This document shows positions 1-10,062 of a stretch of DNA of 53,159 bases, piece after piece. Numbering within the stretch: the first letter of the stretch is position 1; every line of letters begins with the position of its first letter. Position numbers and translations under genes: made by a program. The stretch covers positions 1 to 53,159 of the forward strand of contig JAQBHB010000111.1 in the NCBI GenBank assembly GCA_032128115.1. Reading direction: 5' to 3'. Under the pieces are notes generated by a model. It did not search any database. It had not been told where the DNA came from and saw only the letters and a program-made list of their open reading frames with translations. Source of the DNA: Deltaproteobacteria bacterium. GTDB taxonomy: Bacteria > Myxococcota_A > UBA9160 > SMWR01.

Positions 1-1673
1 TGGTCGCGCACCAGGGTGATCGTGTCCTCCAGGGCGGCCAGCATGCCCAGCCCCAGCAGGTCGATCTTGATGATGCCCAGGTCGGCGCAGTCGTCCTTGT
101 CCCACTGCACCACCCGGCGGTTGGCCATGCGGGCGGGCTCGATGGGCACCACCTGGTCGAGCCGGCCCGCGGCGATCACGATGCCGCCGGTGTGCTGTCC
201 CAGATGGCGGGGCAGGCCGCGCACCCGCTCCACCAGATCGAGCAGCGCGGCCGTGCGCGGGGCCGTGGGATCGACGCCGGCCTGACGCAGGGTGGAGGCC
301 AGTTCCTCCAGGTCGTCCCGGTGCGAAAGGCTCGAGATCAGCCTGGCCAGGCGGTCCACCGCGTCGGGCTCCATGCCAAGCACCTTGCCCATCTCGCGCA
401 CGGCCAGACGCGTGCGGTAGCTGATCACCACGGCGGTCATGGCGGCGCCGTGCTCGCCGTACTTGTCGAACACGTACTGGATCACCCGCTCGCGCTGGTT
501 GCCCGACGGGAGATCCAGGTCGATGTCGGGCCACTCACCGCGCTCCTCGGACAGGAATCGCTCGAACAGCAGCTCCATGGCGATCGGATCCACCGCCGTG
601 ATGCCGAGCGCGTAACACACGGCACTGTTGGCCGCGGAGCCCCGACCCTGGGCCAGGATGTCCTGCTCCGCCGCGAAGCGGGCGATGTCGTGGACGATCA
701 GGAAGTAGCCGGGCAGCTCGAGCTTCTCGATCAGCTCGAGTTCGCGTTCCAGCTGGCGGCGGGCCCGCCGCGGAATCGGCGACCCGTAGCGGTTGCGCGC
801 CCCGAAGAAGGTGAGCTGGCGCAGGTACGAGCCCTGGGACTCGCCCGGGGGCACGGGAAACTCGGGGAAGCGGTAGCCCAGGTCCTCCAGGGTGAAGCTA
901 CAGCGCTGGGCGATCTCGAAGCTTTCGTGGATCCACTCGGGCCTGTCGGCGAAGCGCTCGGCCATGTCGCGCGGCGTGCGCAGGTGCCGCTCGGCGTTGG
1001 CTGCGAGCCGGCGCCCGGCCCGGTCGAGGCAGGTCTTGAGGCGCAGGCAGGTCAGCGCGTCGAGCAGCTGGCGATCTTCGGGGCGTGCGTGGGTCACATC
1101 GTGGGTGGCGACCACGCGCACCCGCTGCGAGTCGGCCAGGTCCACCGCCCGTCGGGTGGCAGCCTCGGCGGCCCGACCCAGGTGCCGCGACACGTCTACC
1201 CACGTGCGCTCGGGTCCGAAGCTGCCCAGGCTGCGCTGGAGGAAGCCGGGCGACAGGGTCTCGTCGCCTCGCACCAACGCCACCAGTCCCGCCGCGTACT
1301 CCTCCAGTTCCTCCCAGGTGATGCGGGATTCGTTCTTTCCCCCGCGGCTGTGGCCGCGGGTGATCAGCCGGCACAGGTTGCGATAGCCCTGTTGGGATTC
1401 CACCAGCAGCAGCAGGCGCTGCTTCTCCCCCGAGATCGTCAGCTGCGCCGAGACCAGGGGGCGCACGCCCGCCGCCATGGCGGCCTTGTGGAAGCGGGGG
1501 GTTCCGTAGACGCCGTCGCGGTCGCCCAGAGCGAGAGCCGGGCAGTCCAGGTCGGCGGCACACTGCACCAGGTCTTCCGGGTTGGAGGCGGCCTCCAGGA
1601 AAGAGAAGCCGCTGCGGCAGCGGAGCTCCACATAAGGCGACGAGGCGCGCGAGCCGGGACCGGCGGGGAGCAC
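1..1673 (-). CDS. dnaE2: Error-prone DNA polymerase III alpha subunit (DnaE2/ImuC); 3' part beyond window edge
   Basis: Manual minus-strand translation from GTG 1673 gives ...YVELRCRSGFSFLEAASNPEDLV (PHP domain). It continues through DRDGVYG, GRGSAANSAVCY, LLFERFLSEER, PDIDLD and DDCADLGIIKIDLLGLGML, and is open to base 1. It is not in the ORF track because it has no stop in the window. Confidence 0.93.
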   Translation of the reverse strand, partial: MLPAGPGSRASSPYVELRCRSGFSFLEAASNPEDLVQCAADLDCPALALGDRDGVYGTPRFHKAAMAAGVRPLVSAQLTISGEKQRLLLLVESQQGYRNLCRLITRGHSRGGKNESRITWEELEEYAAGLVALVRGDETLSPGFLQRSLGSFGPERTWVDVSRHLGRAAEAATRRAVDLADSQRVRVVATHDVTHARPEDRQLLDALTCLRLKTCLDRAGRRLAANAERHLRTPRDMAERFADRPEWIHESFEIAQRCSFTLEDLGYRFPEFPVPPGESQGSYLRQLTFFGARNRYGSPIPRRARRQLERELELIEKLELPGYFLIVHDIARFAAEQDILAQGRGSAANSAVCYALGITAVDPIAMELLFERFLSEERGEWPDIDLDLPSGNQRERVIQYVFDKYGEHGAAMTAVVISYRTRLAVREMGKVLGMEPDAVDRLARLISSLSHRDDLEELASTLRQAGVDPTAPRTAALLDLVERVRGLPRHLGQHTGGIVIAAGRLDQVVPIEPARMANRRVVQWDKDDCADLGIIKIDLLGLGMLAALEDTITLVRD

Positions 1674-1678
1674 ACCCG

Positions 1679-1708
1679 ATTTTCGCCTTTTATTCGCCTT
1701 CGAGTCAA
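1679..1708 (-). promoter_or_regulatory. Putative sigma-70 promoter of dnaE2 with overlapping direct-repeat operator (candidate SOS box)
   Basis: The minus strand reads TTGACT-N18-GAAAAT-N5-GTG. TTCGCC occurs at 1682 and 1693 (11-bp period). The 30-mer is 26/30 identical to the element upstream of imuA. Confidence 0.75.
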
Positions 1709-1749
1709 GTCTCCGGCGGTATGATCCCGATCGCAGGGGGGATCGGTCG

Positions 1750-3063
1750 TTGGCTTCCATCGTCGTCGTCGGCAGCGGCCTGGCTGGATTGACCTGCGCG
1801 TGGCGCCTCCAGGAAGCCGGGCACGACGTGGAGGTGCTCGAGCGCGAGGCCGAGCCCGGCGGGCGCACCCGCACCGAAGCTCGCGGCGACTATCGGCTCG
1901 ACTCCAACCCGAACCTCTTCAGCGACGCCGATCGCCAGCTGCACCGGTTGCTGGGGGAGCTGGATCTCAGCGACCGGATCCACGCCCTGCCGTGGCAGGA
2001 GGGGGCGATCCTGCGGGATGGCGTCTTCCGCAGCCTGGATCTGCACGATCTCCCGGGCCTGCTGCGCTCGGCGCCCGTGTCCCTGACGGCTCGCGCGCGC
2101 TGGCCGAAGCTGGCCTTCGAGCTGTTGCGCAACCGCCGGCAGCTGGATCGACTGCGGCCGGAGCTGGCGGCGGCCCTGGATCGCGAGACCCTGGCAGACG
2201 GCGCCCTTCGGGTCGTGGGCGAACAGAACCTCGCGTGGCTGCTGGGGCCCGCTTTTTCGGCGGCCTTCCACGGCGATCCCGAGGAGCTGTCCTGGGCCTT
2301 CGCGTTGCTGACCCTGGCCCACCTGGCCCGCGCGCGGGAGATCCAGTGTCTCGGGGGCGGAGCGGGTCGGCTGACCCGGGCCCTGGTCGATCGCGTGAAC
2401 GTGCGGTTGGGCTGTGAGGTGGTTTCCATCGAGACCCAGACCGATGGGGCGCGCGTCCGCTACCGCATCGGCGGCAAGCACGGGGGCGCCGTGGCGGATG
2501 CCGTGGTGCTGGCGGTGCCGGGGTCGGAAGTGGCAGCGCTGTGCCCGAAGCTCACGCCATCGGAGCGCGGCTTCTTCGAGCACGTGCGCTATGCGCAGAG
2601 CATCGGCGTTCACGTGATCCTGGACGAGCCGCCCACGGGCCTCCCGGGCTTCGCAGTGGCATTCCCGCGCGCTGCCGGCGTGGAGCTGTCGGGCATGACC
2701 CTCGACCACTATCGCGTGGGCATGGCGCCCCTGGGCACGGGCCTGCTGAATGTCTCGCTCGTCCCGCGCGCTGCGGCGCGCCTGTGGAAGGCTCCGGATG
2801 CCGAGGTCGCGGCACTGGTGCTTGCGCAGCTGGCTCGGACTCCGGTGGGCCGACTCGACGCCCGCGAGTGCATCGTGCATCGCATGGCGTCGCGCCTTCC
2901 CCGCTTCGAGGCCGGCTATCTGCCGCGCCTGGCCCGCTTCGGGAGTCGCATGGACGCCTCGCCGCGCCTGGGGTTCGCCGGGGACTACCGCGTGGCTCCG
3001 TCTCTCGAAGGAGCGGTGGTGAGCGGAACCCGGGCTTCGCTCGAAATCACCGCTGGGCTCTAG
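1750..3063 (+). CDS. FAD-dependent oxidoreductase, protoporphyrinogen oxidase/amine oxidase family
   Basis: N-terminal VVVGSGLAGL...VLEREAEPGGRTRT dinucleotide-binding motif; C-terminal FAGDY...SLEGAVVSG. Confidence 0.8.
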   Translation: MASIVVVGSGLAGLTCAWRLQEAGHDVEVLEREAEPGGRTRTEARGDYRLDSNPNLFSDADRQLHRLLGELDLSDRIHALPWQEGAILRDGVFRSLDLHDLPGLLRSAPVSLTARARWPKLAFELLRNRRQLDRLRPELAAALDRETLADGALRVVGEQNLAWLLGPAFSAAFHGDPEELSWAFALLTLAHLARAREIQCLGGGAGRLTRALVDRVNVRLGCEVVSIETQTDGARVRYRIGGKHGGAVADAVVLAVPGSEVAALCPKLTPSERGFFEHVRYAQSIGVHVILDEPPTGLPGFAVAFPRAAGVELSGMTLDHYRVGMAPLGTGLLNVSLVPRAAARLWKAPDAEVAALVLAQLARTPVGRLDARECIVHRMASRLPRFEAGYLPRLARFGSRMDASPRLGFAGDYRVAPSLEGAVVSGTRASLEITAGL

Positions 3064-3066
3064 GGA

Positions 3067-4230
3067 TCAACTCGGCGGGAGTTCGGAGTCGCTGGGGCCG
3101 GTCGTCGTCCGCGACGCCAGCATCCGCTCACTCGGGCTCACGCTCACGATCCAGGCGCCGGAAAAGCTGCGGCCGAGCTGGGAGAGCTCGTGGCGCGCCG
3201 CCTTCTCATCGTCGAAGAAGCCCAGGCGCAAGCGCTCCCAGACCTGGCCATCCACTTCCACCGTGGTTCGATACAGGCGGAATTCCGACGCCGCGAGCAG
3301 CGGCAGCGGTGTGGGGCCGGCGGCCAGGGGCACCGAACGCAGCTGGATCGCGAAGCGCCGCTCGCCAGTCGCGCCGACATCGGGCAGAACGACGAGCGGT
3401 CGCGGGCTGGGAGTCGCGGGCGTCGCTGCCGCGACCACCGCCAGCGAAGGTGCCGGTGCGCTCGCGACCTGCGCCGGTGCGCTCGCGACCTGCGCCGGCG
3501 GCGTGAGGCTCGGAGGGGCGGCGGCGACGTCGGGCAGCCTGGCGATCGCGGCCATGGAGGTGCGTTCCGCCGGGCCGACTCGCGCGACCCACGCTCCCGG
3601 GAAACTCGCTTCGAGCTGGCGCGCGGCGGCCTGGGCGGCACTCGAGCTGTCGAAAAAGCCCAGGCGCAATCGCTGCCAGTCGGCCCCGCCCACCTGGGCC
3701 GGCACCCGGTAGAGGGCGGTGCCCTCCGGCAGGACTACTGCGGGAACCGGATCCGGGGAGGCCCCGACCGGGGAAGCGCTCAGCTGCACCACCCACGCGG
3801 GGGCGAGGGGTTCGGGCGCCACAGGGACGAGGGATTCGGGCACCGGAATGGTGGCCTGTGCGACGACCTCGGGTTCCACGACGGTGGCCGGTGCGACGGG
3901 CTCCGGGTCTGGCGCACGGACCCGAACCGGTGTCTGCGAGATCAGCTGCGGCGGCTCGGAGGCAACATCGGGCAACTCGGGCTCGTGCTGGACCACCTGA
4001 ACGGTCGACCGTCGCGACGAGGGCACGCGATCCCGGTGGGGCGTGTAGCGAATCACCCCCTCGTCGTCCGTCCAGCTGTAGAGCTTCGGCTCGTCCGAGC
4101 CGGCGCTGGTGGTCGGGAAGCCCACGGCGAGCGCGGCAACCACGGCCCATGCAATGCCGGCGCGGGCTCTGGGGAAACCCCTGAGCCGCTTCCGCAATCG
4201 CGCAGACACCTTCGAGGAGTTCACCGTCAT
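3067..4230 (-). CDS. Exported protein with DUF4124-like N-domain and two SPOR-like domains
   Basis: Hydrophobic signal segment, then LYSWTDDEGVIRYT (DUF4124-like). Two repeats of W.RLRLGFF.....A....L...F.GAW (SPOR-like) are separated by Pro/Ala linkers. The start is uncertain. Confidence 0.7.
   Translation of the reverse strand: MTVNSSKVSARLRKRLRGFPRARAGIAWAVVAALAVGFPTTSAGSDEPKLYSWTDDEGVIRYTPHRDRVPSSRRSTVQVVQHEPELPDVASEPPQLISQTPVRVRAPDPEPVAPATVVEPEVVAQATIPVPESLVPVAPEPLAPAWVVQLSASPVGASPDPVPAVVLPEGTALYRVPAQVGGADWQRLRLGFFDSSSAAQAAARQLEASFPGAWVARVGPAERTSMAAIARLPDVAAAPPSLTPPAQVASAPAQVASAPAPSLAVVAAATPATPSPRPLVVLPDVGATGERRFAIQLRSVPLAAGPTPLPLLAASEFRLYRTTVEVDGQVWERLRLGFFDDEKAARHELSQLGRSFSGAWIVSVSPSERMLASRTTTGPSDSELPPS
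3452..3498. repeat. 21-bp in-frame tandem repeat (2.2 copies) in the SPOR protein linker
   Basis: GCCGGTGCGCTCGCGACCTGC x2 + GCCGG; encodes PAQVASA-PAQVASA. Confidence 0.9.
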
Positions 4231-4365
4231 CTCACCGCCATCGCACCGCCATCGCACTGGTATCGTTCGGCGAAATTGTTCGAAAACCGAACCGCGGCGT
4301 CAAGCGTAACCCACGGCGGGCCGGCCGGGGTAGACTGACCCGAGCCCCCTGAAAAGGCGCGCAAG

Positions 4366-5232
4366 GTGCCCGCTGTGTTCTATTCGACCCGATTCCGGCT
4401 TTTCTTGGTGATGGGGATCGCACTCGGTTTCTTTCCCATGCCCGCGGGGGCACACGGGAGCTTTCACGATCGTCTGGAAGGCCTGAATCGACAGATCCAG
4501 GCGTCGCCGTCCGACCCGGAGTTGCTGATCGGACGCAGCATCCTGTACCGGAGTCACGGTCTCTGGCAGCTCGCGCTCGCGGACGTGGACCGGGCGGCGG
4601 CCTTCGATCCGACCCAGCCGGATCTGGACCTGCAGCGCGGCCACATCTGGCTCGAGGCGGGCGATCCGCGGCGCGCAGAGGTGGCGCTGGCGCGCTTCCT
4701 GGTCTCGAACCCGAGCCACACGGGCGCGCGCCTGGCTCGCGCTCGCGCCCTGGCCGGGCAGGAGCGTTGGGCCGACGCCGCGGATGAGTACGCCCACGCC
4801 ATCCGGTACCAATCCGTGCCGGTTCCCGAGACCTATTTCGAGCGATCGCGCGCGCTGGTGCGTGCCGAACCCTCGAACCCGGATGCGGCCCTTCGGTGCC
4901 TCGATCGCGGCATCGCCGCACTGGGATCTGCGCCCGTGCTCGAGGCCGAGGCCCTCGAGCTCGAAGCCCGGGCCGGTCGATTCGACGCCGCCCTCGCGCG
5001 GCTCGACGGCCTGGCGTTGCGTTCGGGGCGCCGGGAGACGTGGCTCGTGCGCCGGGGCGACATCCTCGGGCAGGCGGGTCGAAGCCAGGAGGCGTTCGCT
5101 GCCTACGGCGAGGCGCGCCAGGCGATCGAAGGCCTTTCGCCGCACCAGCGCCAGACGGCTGCGGTGCGCGAGCTTGCGACGCAGGTGCGCGATGCCGTCG
5201 ACCGCCTGGAGCGCGCCGGGGATCTTCCATGA
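4366..5232 (+). CDS. Secreted tetratricopeptide-repeat protein
   Basis: Signal-like N-terminus ending AGA-HGS, followed by Ala/Leu-rich helical TPR-like repeats. Its stop overlaps the next start (ATGA). Alternative start ATG 4411. Confidence 0.75.
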   Translation: MPAVFYSTRFRLFLVMGIALGFFPMPAGAHGSFHDRLEGLNRQIQASPSDPELLIGRSILYRSHGLWQLALADVDRAAAFDPTQPDLDLQRGHIWLEAGDPRRAEVALARFLVSNPSHTGARLARARALAGQERWADAADEYAHAIRYQSVPVPETYFERSRALVRAEPSNPDAALRCLDRGIAALGSAPVLEAEALELEARAGRFDAALARLDGLALRSGRRETWLVRRGDILGQAGRSQEAFAAYGEARQAIEGLSPHQRQTAAVRELATQVRDAVDRLERAGDLP

Positions 5233-8199
5233 CACCGATTCGGATCGCACTGGCCGGCCTCGGCTGCGTCGCGGCCCTCCTGGGCGGCGTGCGAGCGGAC
5301 GTGTTGCTGGCTGGTGTGCCGGATCCCGATGAGGCGGATTTCGAGCTGTGGCTCACGGCCGACGCCGGGGTATTCGAGGACGCGGGCGCAAGCGATCCGG
5401 CCGAGCTGGGCGATGAGATCCTGGTGTGGGCCAACCAGGCGAACAGCACCACGCCGGATGCCCGGCGCGGTGCGGTCAACCCCGGGCCGCTTCTCGCGAG
5501 CGCCGACTGGGATGGGCAGTCGCTGAGCGTGATCGGGTTTCCGGGCCTCCAGACCCTGGTGGTGGACGACGACCTCGACCAGCTCGATCCGGGCAGCGGC
5601 GGCTTCACGATCTTCGCAGTGGGCCGCCAGACCTGGCCCGCAAGCGTTGCCACCGACTACTGGTTCGGAAAGGGCAACGCCGGTTCCACGACTGTCGGCT
5701 ACAGCGTGTCCGGTGGATTCGACGACGAGTTCCGCGTGCGGGTGAACGGCGGCTCGAGTCTCGAGGCCCAGAAGGCGGCAATGACCCACGCCACGCTCCT
5801 GAACCGGCCCCAGCTGCTCACCCTGCTCCTGACCGGGTCACAGATCTTCGGCTTCTTCGATGGCAGCGACGCGGGCTGGGCCGACGGCGGCGACGACGGC
5901 GAGTCCGGGTCGGATCCCGTGGACAACGATTACACGGGTGCAGTGGAGACCACGGACCCACTCGTTCTGGGCGGGCGCGGCACGACCCAGAACCAGCAGT
6001 TCGTCGGCGAGATCGCGGAGCTATTGGTCTACTCCCGCGAGCTGTTGCCCGCCGAGCGCCAGGCCATCGAAGGCTACCTGGCTGCGAAGTACGGACTCAG
6101 CCTGGCCGGCGAGCTGGTCTCGATGGGTGCCACCTGGAGCTACCTGGACGATGGCTCCGACCCGGGGGCCACGTGGAGTGATCCGGGATTTGCCGACGGT
6201 GCCTGGAGCACGGGTCCCTCGCCCCTGGGCTACGGCGACGGCGACGAAGCCACGCTGGTGGCATCCGGGCCGCCGGGCAACCATCACATCACCAGCTACT
6301 TCCGGCATCACTTCGCGGTGGCAGACCCGAATGCGGTGGAGGCGCTGGCCCTCAGCCTGCAGCGCGACGACGGAGCCGTGGCGTATCTGAACGGCATCGA
6401 GGTGCTGCGTTCGAATCTGCCTGCCGGTGTGATCGACCGGCTCACGCCGGCCTCTTCGTCGATTACGGGCTCGAACGAGCGCATCTATGAGACCACGGCC
6501 GTGAACCCGGACCTCCTGGTCACGGGGGACAATGTGCTGGCCGTTGCGGTGCACGTGGATTCGGGCTCGAGTCCCGACCTGAGCTTCGATCTCGCACTGG
6601 TCACCGGTGCCGATCCGGGGCCACCGGTTCTGGAGCGGACCCCCTACCTGCAGCGGGCGACGCCTTCGAGCGTGGTGGTGCGCTGGCGCACCGACGTGCC
6701 GTCGGACGGACTCCTGCGCTGGGGGCCGGCGCCGGGCAACCTGCCCAACACGGCGTCCACGGCGGTCTTCCGCCACGAACACGAGTTCGAGGTCACGGGG
6801 CTCGACCCGGACACGACCTACTTCTACGAGGTCGGAACCTCCACCCAGGCGCTGGCCGGCGACGACGCGAATCACTTCTTTGCAACGACGCCCGTAGCGG
6901 GCACGCGGCGTCCCATCCGGATCTGGGCGGTGGGCGATTCCGGCGATTGCGGCGCCAGCGCCCAGGGCTGCATCGATGCGGCGAATGTTCGCGAGGCCTA
7001 CCTGGCCTTCGCGGCGGGCGACCTGGCCGACGTGTGGGTGATGCTTGGCGACAACGCCTACAGCGGCGGGTCCCATCCCCAGTACAACGACGGGGTCTGG
7101 ACCTCGTTCGGCAGCGTGCTGCGAAACACGGTGTTGTGGCCCGTCCCGGGCAATCACGAGTTCGGGGGCTCCGACTCCCCGACCCAATCGGGCCCGTACT
7201 ACCTGGCCTTCACCCTGCCCACCGCCGGTGAAGCCGGCGGCGTTGCCAGTGGCACCGAGGCCTACTACGCGTACGACTACGGAAACATCCACTTCGTCGC
7301 GCTCGACTCCCATGACACGGATCGCTCGGCGCCCGCGAATCCCACCACCAACATCTGTCCGCTGGGTCAGGGGGGCGCCATGTACGAGTGGCTGTGCGCC
7401 GACCTGGCTGCCACGAACCAGGACTTCGTGATCGTCTACTGGCACCACCCGCCCTACACCAAGGGCTCCCACGATTCGGACAATCCCGTGGACTCGGACG
7501 GTCGCATGCAGGAGATGCGCGAGCGCTTCGTGCCGGTGCTGGAGCACTTCGGCGTGGACCTGCAGCTCACCGGGCACAGCCACAGCTACGAGCGCTCGGT
7601 GCTGATCGACGGCCACTACGGTCTCTCCTCCGAATGTGCGGCCGGTGAGTGCTTCGTGGACGGGGGGCGACGGCGACCCTGCGGGAGATGGCGCCTATCA
7701 GAAGGCCACGCTCGGGCCCTCGGGTCACGAAGGGGCGGTGTACTCGGTGATGGGAAGCTCGTCCAAGAACAACGGCACGCTCTCGAGTCACCCGGTGATG
7801 AGCGTGGGCATCAATTTCGAGGGGTCGTTGGTGATCGATGTGGTGGGCCGCCAGCTCGACGGCACCTTCGTGGACATGAACGGCAGCGAGGGCGACCACT
7901 TCCGGATCGAGAAGGGCCCCGCCCTTCCGGTCTGCGCCGACGGCGTGGACAACGACGGAGACACACGCGTGGACTACCCGCTGGATCCCGGCTGTCGCAG
8001 CGCCGCCTGGCACACGGAGAGTCCAGAGTGTGACGACGGAGTCGACAACGACGGCGACGGGCGCGTGGACGGCGCGGATCCCCAGTGTGGCAACGCCTGG
8101 CAGCTGCACGAGCGGCGCCAGGCTTGCGGCCTGGGCTTCGAGCTTTCGTTCCTGGTTTCCGGGCTGGCCGCCTGGCGTGCGCGCCGTCGCAGGACCTGA
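5229..8199 (+). CDS. Large secreted purple-acid-phosphatase-like metallophosphoesterase, frameshifted at a G6 run (7662-7667)
   Basis: Signal peptide, LamG-like and beta-sandwich domains, an FN3-like region, and motifs GDSG, GDNAY, GNHE, HHPPY and GHSHSYER. Removing one G joins ...FVDGG to DGDPAGDGAYQK of the 7636..8199 frame (989 aa total). The C-terminus has two C.DGVDNDGD repeats and a CGLGFEL-hydrophobic-RRRR tail. Confidence 0.85.
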
Positions 8200-8202
8200 T
8201 GC

Positions 8203-10026
8203 TCAGGCGGTCGAATCCGCCAGTGACTCGGCTTCGGCCACCAGGTCTTCCAGGAGTGCGAGGCCGCCGTCCCAGAACTTCGGGTCCGTGACGTCCAGAT
8301 TGAGGCGCGAGAGCAGGGCCTGGGGCGTGTCGGAGCCGCCGGCGCGCAAGAGTTCCAGGTAACGCGGCACGAAGGCCTCGCCCTCCTCGTCGTAGCGTCG
8401 GAGCAGGGCCAACACCAGCAACTCGCCATACGCGTATGCGTAGCAATAGAAGGGCGAGTGCACGAAGTGCGGAATGTAGAGCCACCACCAGGCGTAGTCG
8501 TCGGAGAGGTGGACCGAGTCGCCGAACATGGGCCGGTTGGCGTCCAGCCAGAGTTCGTTGACCCGGGCGATGGCCAACTCCCCCTCCTCGCGCCGCGCCG
8601 CGTGCAGGGTCTCTTCGAAGCGGGTCATGGCCACCTGGCGGAACACGGTGGCGAAGGCGTCCTCGAGCTTGCCGCACACCAGCGCCAGACGGGCGCGCGG
8701 GTCGCTCTCTTCCGACAGCAGTCGCCGGAACACCAGCATCTCGCCGAACACGCTGGCGGTCTCGGCGCTGGTCAGCGGCGTATCCTGCTCGAACAGGCCG
8801 CGTTCCCGCGCCAGGTACTGGTGGACCCCGTGGCCGAGTTCGTGGGCCACGGTCATCACGTCCCGGGGGTTTCCGGTGTAGTTCAGCAGCACGTAAGGAT
8901 GGGCGCTCGGCACCGTCGAGGCACAGAAGGCGCCGCCGCGCTTGCCCGGCCGCAGCTCGGCGTCGATCCAGCGCTCGTCGAAGAAGCGCCGGGCCACGTC
9001 CGCCATCTCCGGGGCGAAGTCTGCATAGGCATCCAGCACCAGGCGGCGGGCGTCGTCGAAGCTGCGCGCCGTCTCCTCGCCCGAGATCGGCGCGTAGCGG
9101 TCGTAGTCTTCCAGGCGATCGATTCCCAGCAGTCGACCCTTGAGCCGGTAGTAGCGCGCCACCAGCGGATAGCGGGCCACGCAGCCCGAGAGCAGGGATT
9201 CCACACTTCTGCCCTCGATCTCGTTGGCCAGGTTGCGCGCGTCCATGGGGGCCTGGTAGGCCCGCAGGCGATCCTCGGTGGCCTTGTTCTGCACCAGGGT
9301 GTTGAACACGAAGCCCAGGGTGCGCGCGTTTGCGCGCAGACCCTCCGAGAGGGCGCGGGCGGCCTCGCGGCGCAGTGCGCGGTCCGGTTCGTACAGGAGC
9401 GAGAGCGTCTCCTCTTCGCCCAGGTCCAGGATCTGGCCGTCGCGCACCGGCTGGAAACGCAGCGAGCTGGTGAATTCGTCGAACAAGCGGGCGAAGGCTC
9501 GCGGCCCGGTGTTGGCCGTCTCTTCCAGGATTCGTTCTTCCGGCTCGGTGAGCACGTGTGGCTTGTAGCGTCGCAGGGCGGTGAGCAGGTGGCGTCGCGC
9601 CGCCAGGGCCGGGTCGCGCAACAGCGTCGCCACCGCATCCGCGTCCACGGCCACCCACTCCAGGTCGAAGAACAGGAGCAGCGTCCGGATGGCGGTGGCG
9701 CGCTCCTGCACGTGTTGGAGCAGGGCCCCGTGGCGCTCGTCACTGGTGTCGGAGGCGAACAGCAGGTCGGAGAAGACGAGCGCGCGGGCCACCGGCTCCT
9801 GCATGCGTTCGTACTCGGAGAGGGCATTCGCCAGCTCCGGGGCCGAGAGCACGCCGACGCGCCCGCGGTAGCTGCCCTCGAAGGCCTGGGCGTCGGCCAG
9901 GGCGCGACCGAGATCGCCGTCGAGGGAGGGGTCCTCGGGGCCGGCGTAGAGATCGGAGAGGTCCCAGCGGACACCGGATGCAGGCCCCCCGCCGCCCGGT
10001 GTCGAGGTCGTCGCCGTGCCGCCCAT
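8203..10026 (-). CDS. pepF: M3 family oligoendopeptidase F
   Basis: Starts ATG 10026 (MGGTATTS...VRWDLSDLY). Contains GKRGGAFC, the zinc motif HELGH, ETASVFGE and PHF...FYCYAYAYG. Confidence 0.9.
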   Translation of the reverse strand: MGGTATTSTPGGGGPASGVRWDLSDLYAGPEDPSLDGDLGRALADAQAFEGSYRGRVGVLSAPELANALSEYERMQEPVARALVFSDLLFASDTSDERHGALLQHVQERATAIRTLLLFFDLEWVAVDADAVATLLRDPALAARRHLLTALRRYKPHVLTEPEERILEETANTGPRAFARLFDEFTSSLRFQPVRDGQILDLGEEETLSLLYEPDRALRREAARALSEGLRANARTLGFVFNTLVQNKATEDRLRAYQAPMDARNLANEIEGRSVESLLSGCVARYPLVARYYRLKGRLLGIDRLEDYDRYAPISGEETARSFDDARRLVLDAYADFAPEMADVARRFFDERWIDAELRPGKRGGAFCASTVPSAHPYVLLNYTGNPRDVMTVAHELGHGVHQYLARERGLFEQDTPLTSAETASVFGEMLVFRRLLSEESDPRARLALVCGKLEDAFATVFRQVAMTRFEETLHAARREEGELAIARVNELWLDANRPMFGDSVHLSDDYAWWWLYIPHFVHSPFYCYAYAYGELLVLALLRRYDEEGEAFVPRYLELLRAGGSDTPQALLSRLNLDVTDPKFWDGGLALLEDLVAEAESLADSTA

Positions 10027-10062
10027 CGCGGGCCAGCATACCGCGGTAGACTCGCGCGCACG

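Noticed and set aside
192..1724. 510-aa plus-strand ORF
   Set aside because: Antisense shadow of dnaE2 with no recognisable motifs.
4265..4282. GTTCG...GTTCG here and at 26280-26299 as further SOS boxes
   Set aside because: The period is 13 bp rather than 11, the T-rich spacer and TTGAC context are missing, and the adjacent genes are not repair genes.
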